From contig NW_025963791.1 in NCBI RefSeq assembly GCF_023055435.1, forward strand, positions 41,540,001-41,604,000: DNA of 64,000 bases, given 5' to 3'. Under the pieces are notes generated by a model. The model was given only the letters and a program-made list of their open reading frames with translations, did not search any database and was not told the DNA's origin. Numbering within the stretch: position 1 is the stretch's first letter; each line of letters starts with the position of its first letter. The DNA comes from Haliotis rufescens (lineage: Eukaryota). This document shows positions 63,830 through 64,000 of the stretch, piece by piece. Both the position numbers and the translations under genes were made by a program.

Positions 63830-64000
63830 TCAAAAAGCTGATTTTTGTTTCCTGGCAGAGAGCTTCTTCCTCATCAGTGAGAAGAGATACGCAGGCGTTG
63901 TCATTCGTCTCGGTGGCATTACAAACCTTTCCTTATAAACTGAGACAGCATGGGCAATTACACTTCTAAATAGTTCAGCCATCTGCGACGGGTGTTCAGC
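63830..64000 (-). CDS. Ras-dva/RASD-like small GTPase, copy 6 (3' part only; runs off window)
   Basis: Reverse strand encodes ..AEHPSQMAELFRSVIAHAVS...MPPRRMTTP...RKQKSAF*, same as copy 5; absent from ORF track. Confidence 0.85.
   Translation of the reverse strand, partial: AEHPSQMAELFRSVIAHAVSVYKERFVMPPRRMTTPAYLFSLMRKKLSARKQKSAF

Larger units (their letters stand above)
49790..64000 (-). repeat. tandem segmental duplication, ~6.1-kb units with one GTPase gene each; third unit has ~2.3-kb deletion
   Basis: Landmark ORF at 50033, 56193, 62306; genes end at 53959, 59993, 63830; deletion junction at ~62890. Confidence 0.93.

Overview
Eukaryotic, AT-rich, repeat-dense animal DNA with several N gaps. 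The SINE/LINE/Penelope repertoire and (ACTC)n-tailed SINEs suggest a mollusc, possibly abalone-like (inference). The only convincing host gene is an intronless ~221-aa Ras-superfamily small GTPase resembling the Ras-dva/RASD(Rhes) branch, present in at least six near-identical copies. Three are on + (13936-24590, tandem units of ~2 and ~5 kb; the two long units carry a dead Tc1 transposon). Three are on - (53959 to window end, ~6.1/3.8-kb spacing; the last is cut by the window edge). The two arrays converge tail-to-tail across ~29 kb that includes a ~10-kb compound (GTA/GTG)n satellite. The protein is atypical: the G3 DxxG motif is replaced by EIIN(G), G5 is SAE, there is no CaaX cysteine, and three copies carry Arg at the Ras-Gly13 position, so it is a candidate amplified pseudo-GTPase/switch-dead family. 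The rest consists of four SINE-like families sharing a 3' tail, CR1/L2-type LINE relics, Penelope-like RT relics, a DIRS-type tyrosine recombinase relic, Tc1 elements, MITEs, a 39-bp minisatellite and a cluster of three long hairpins.
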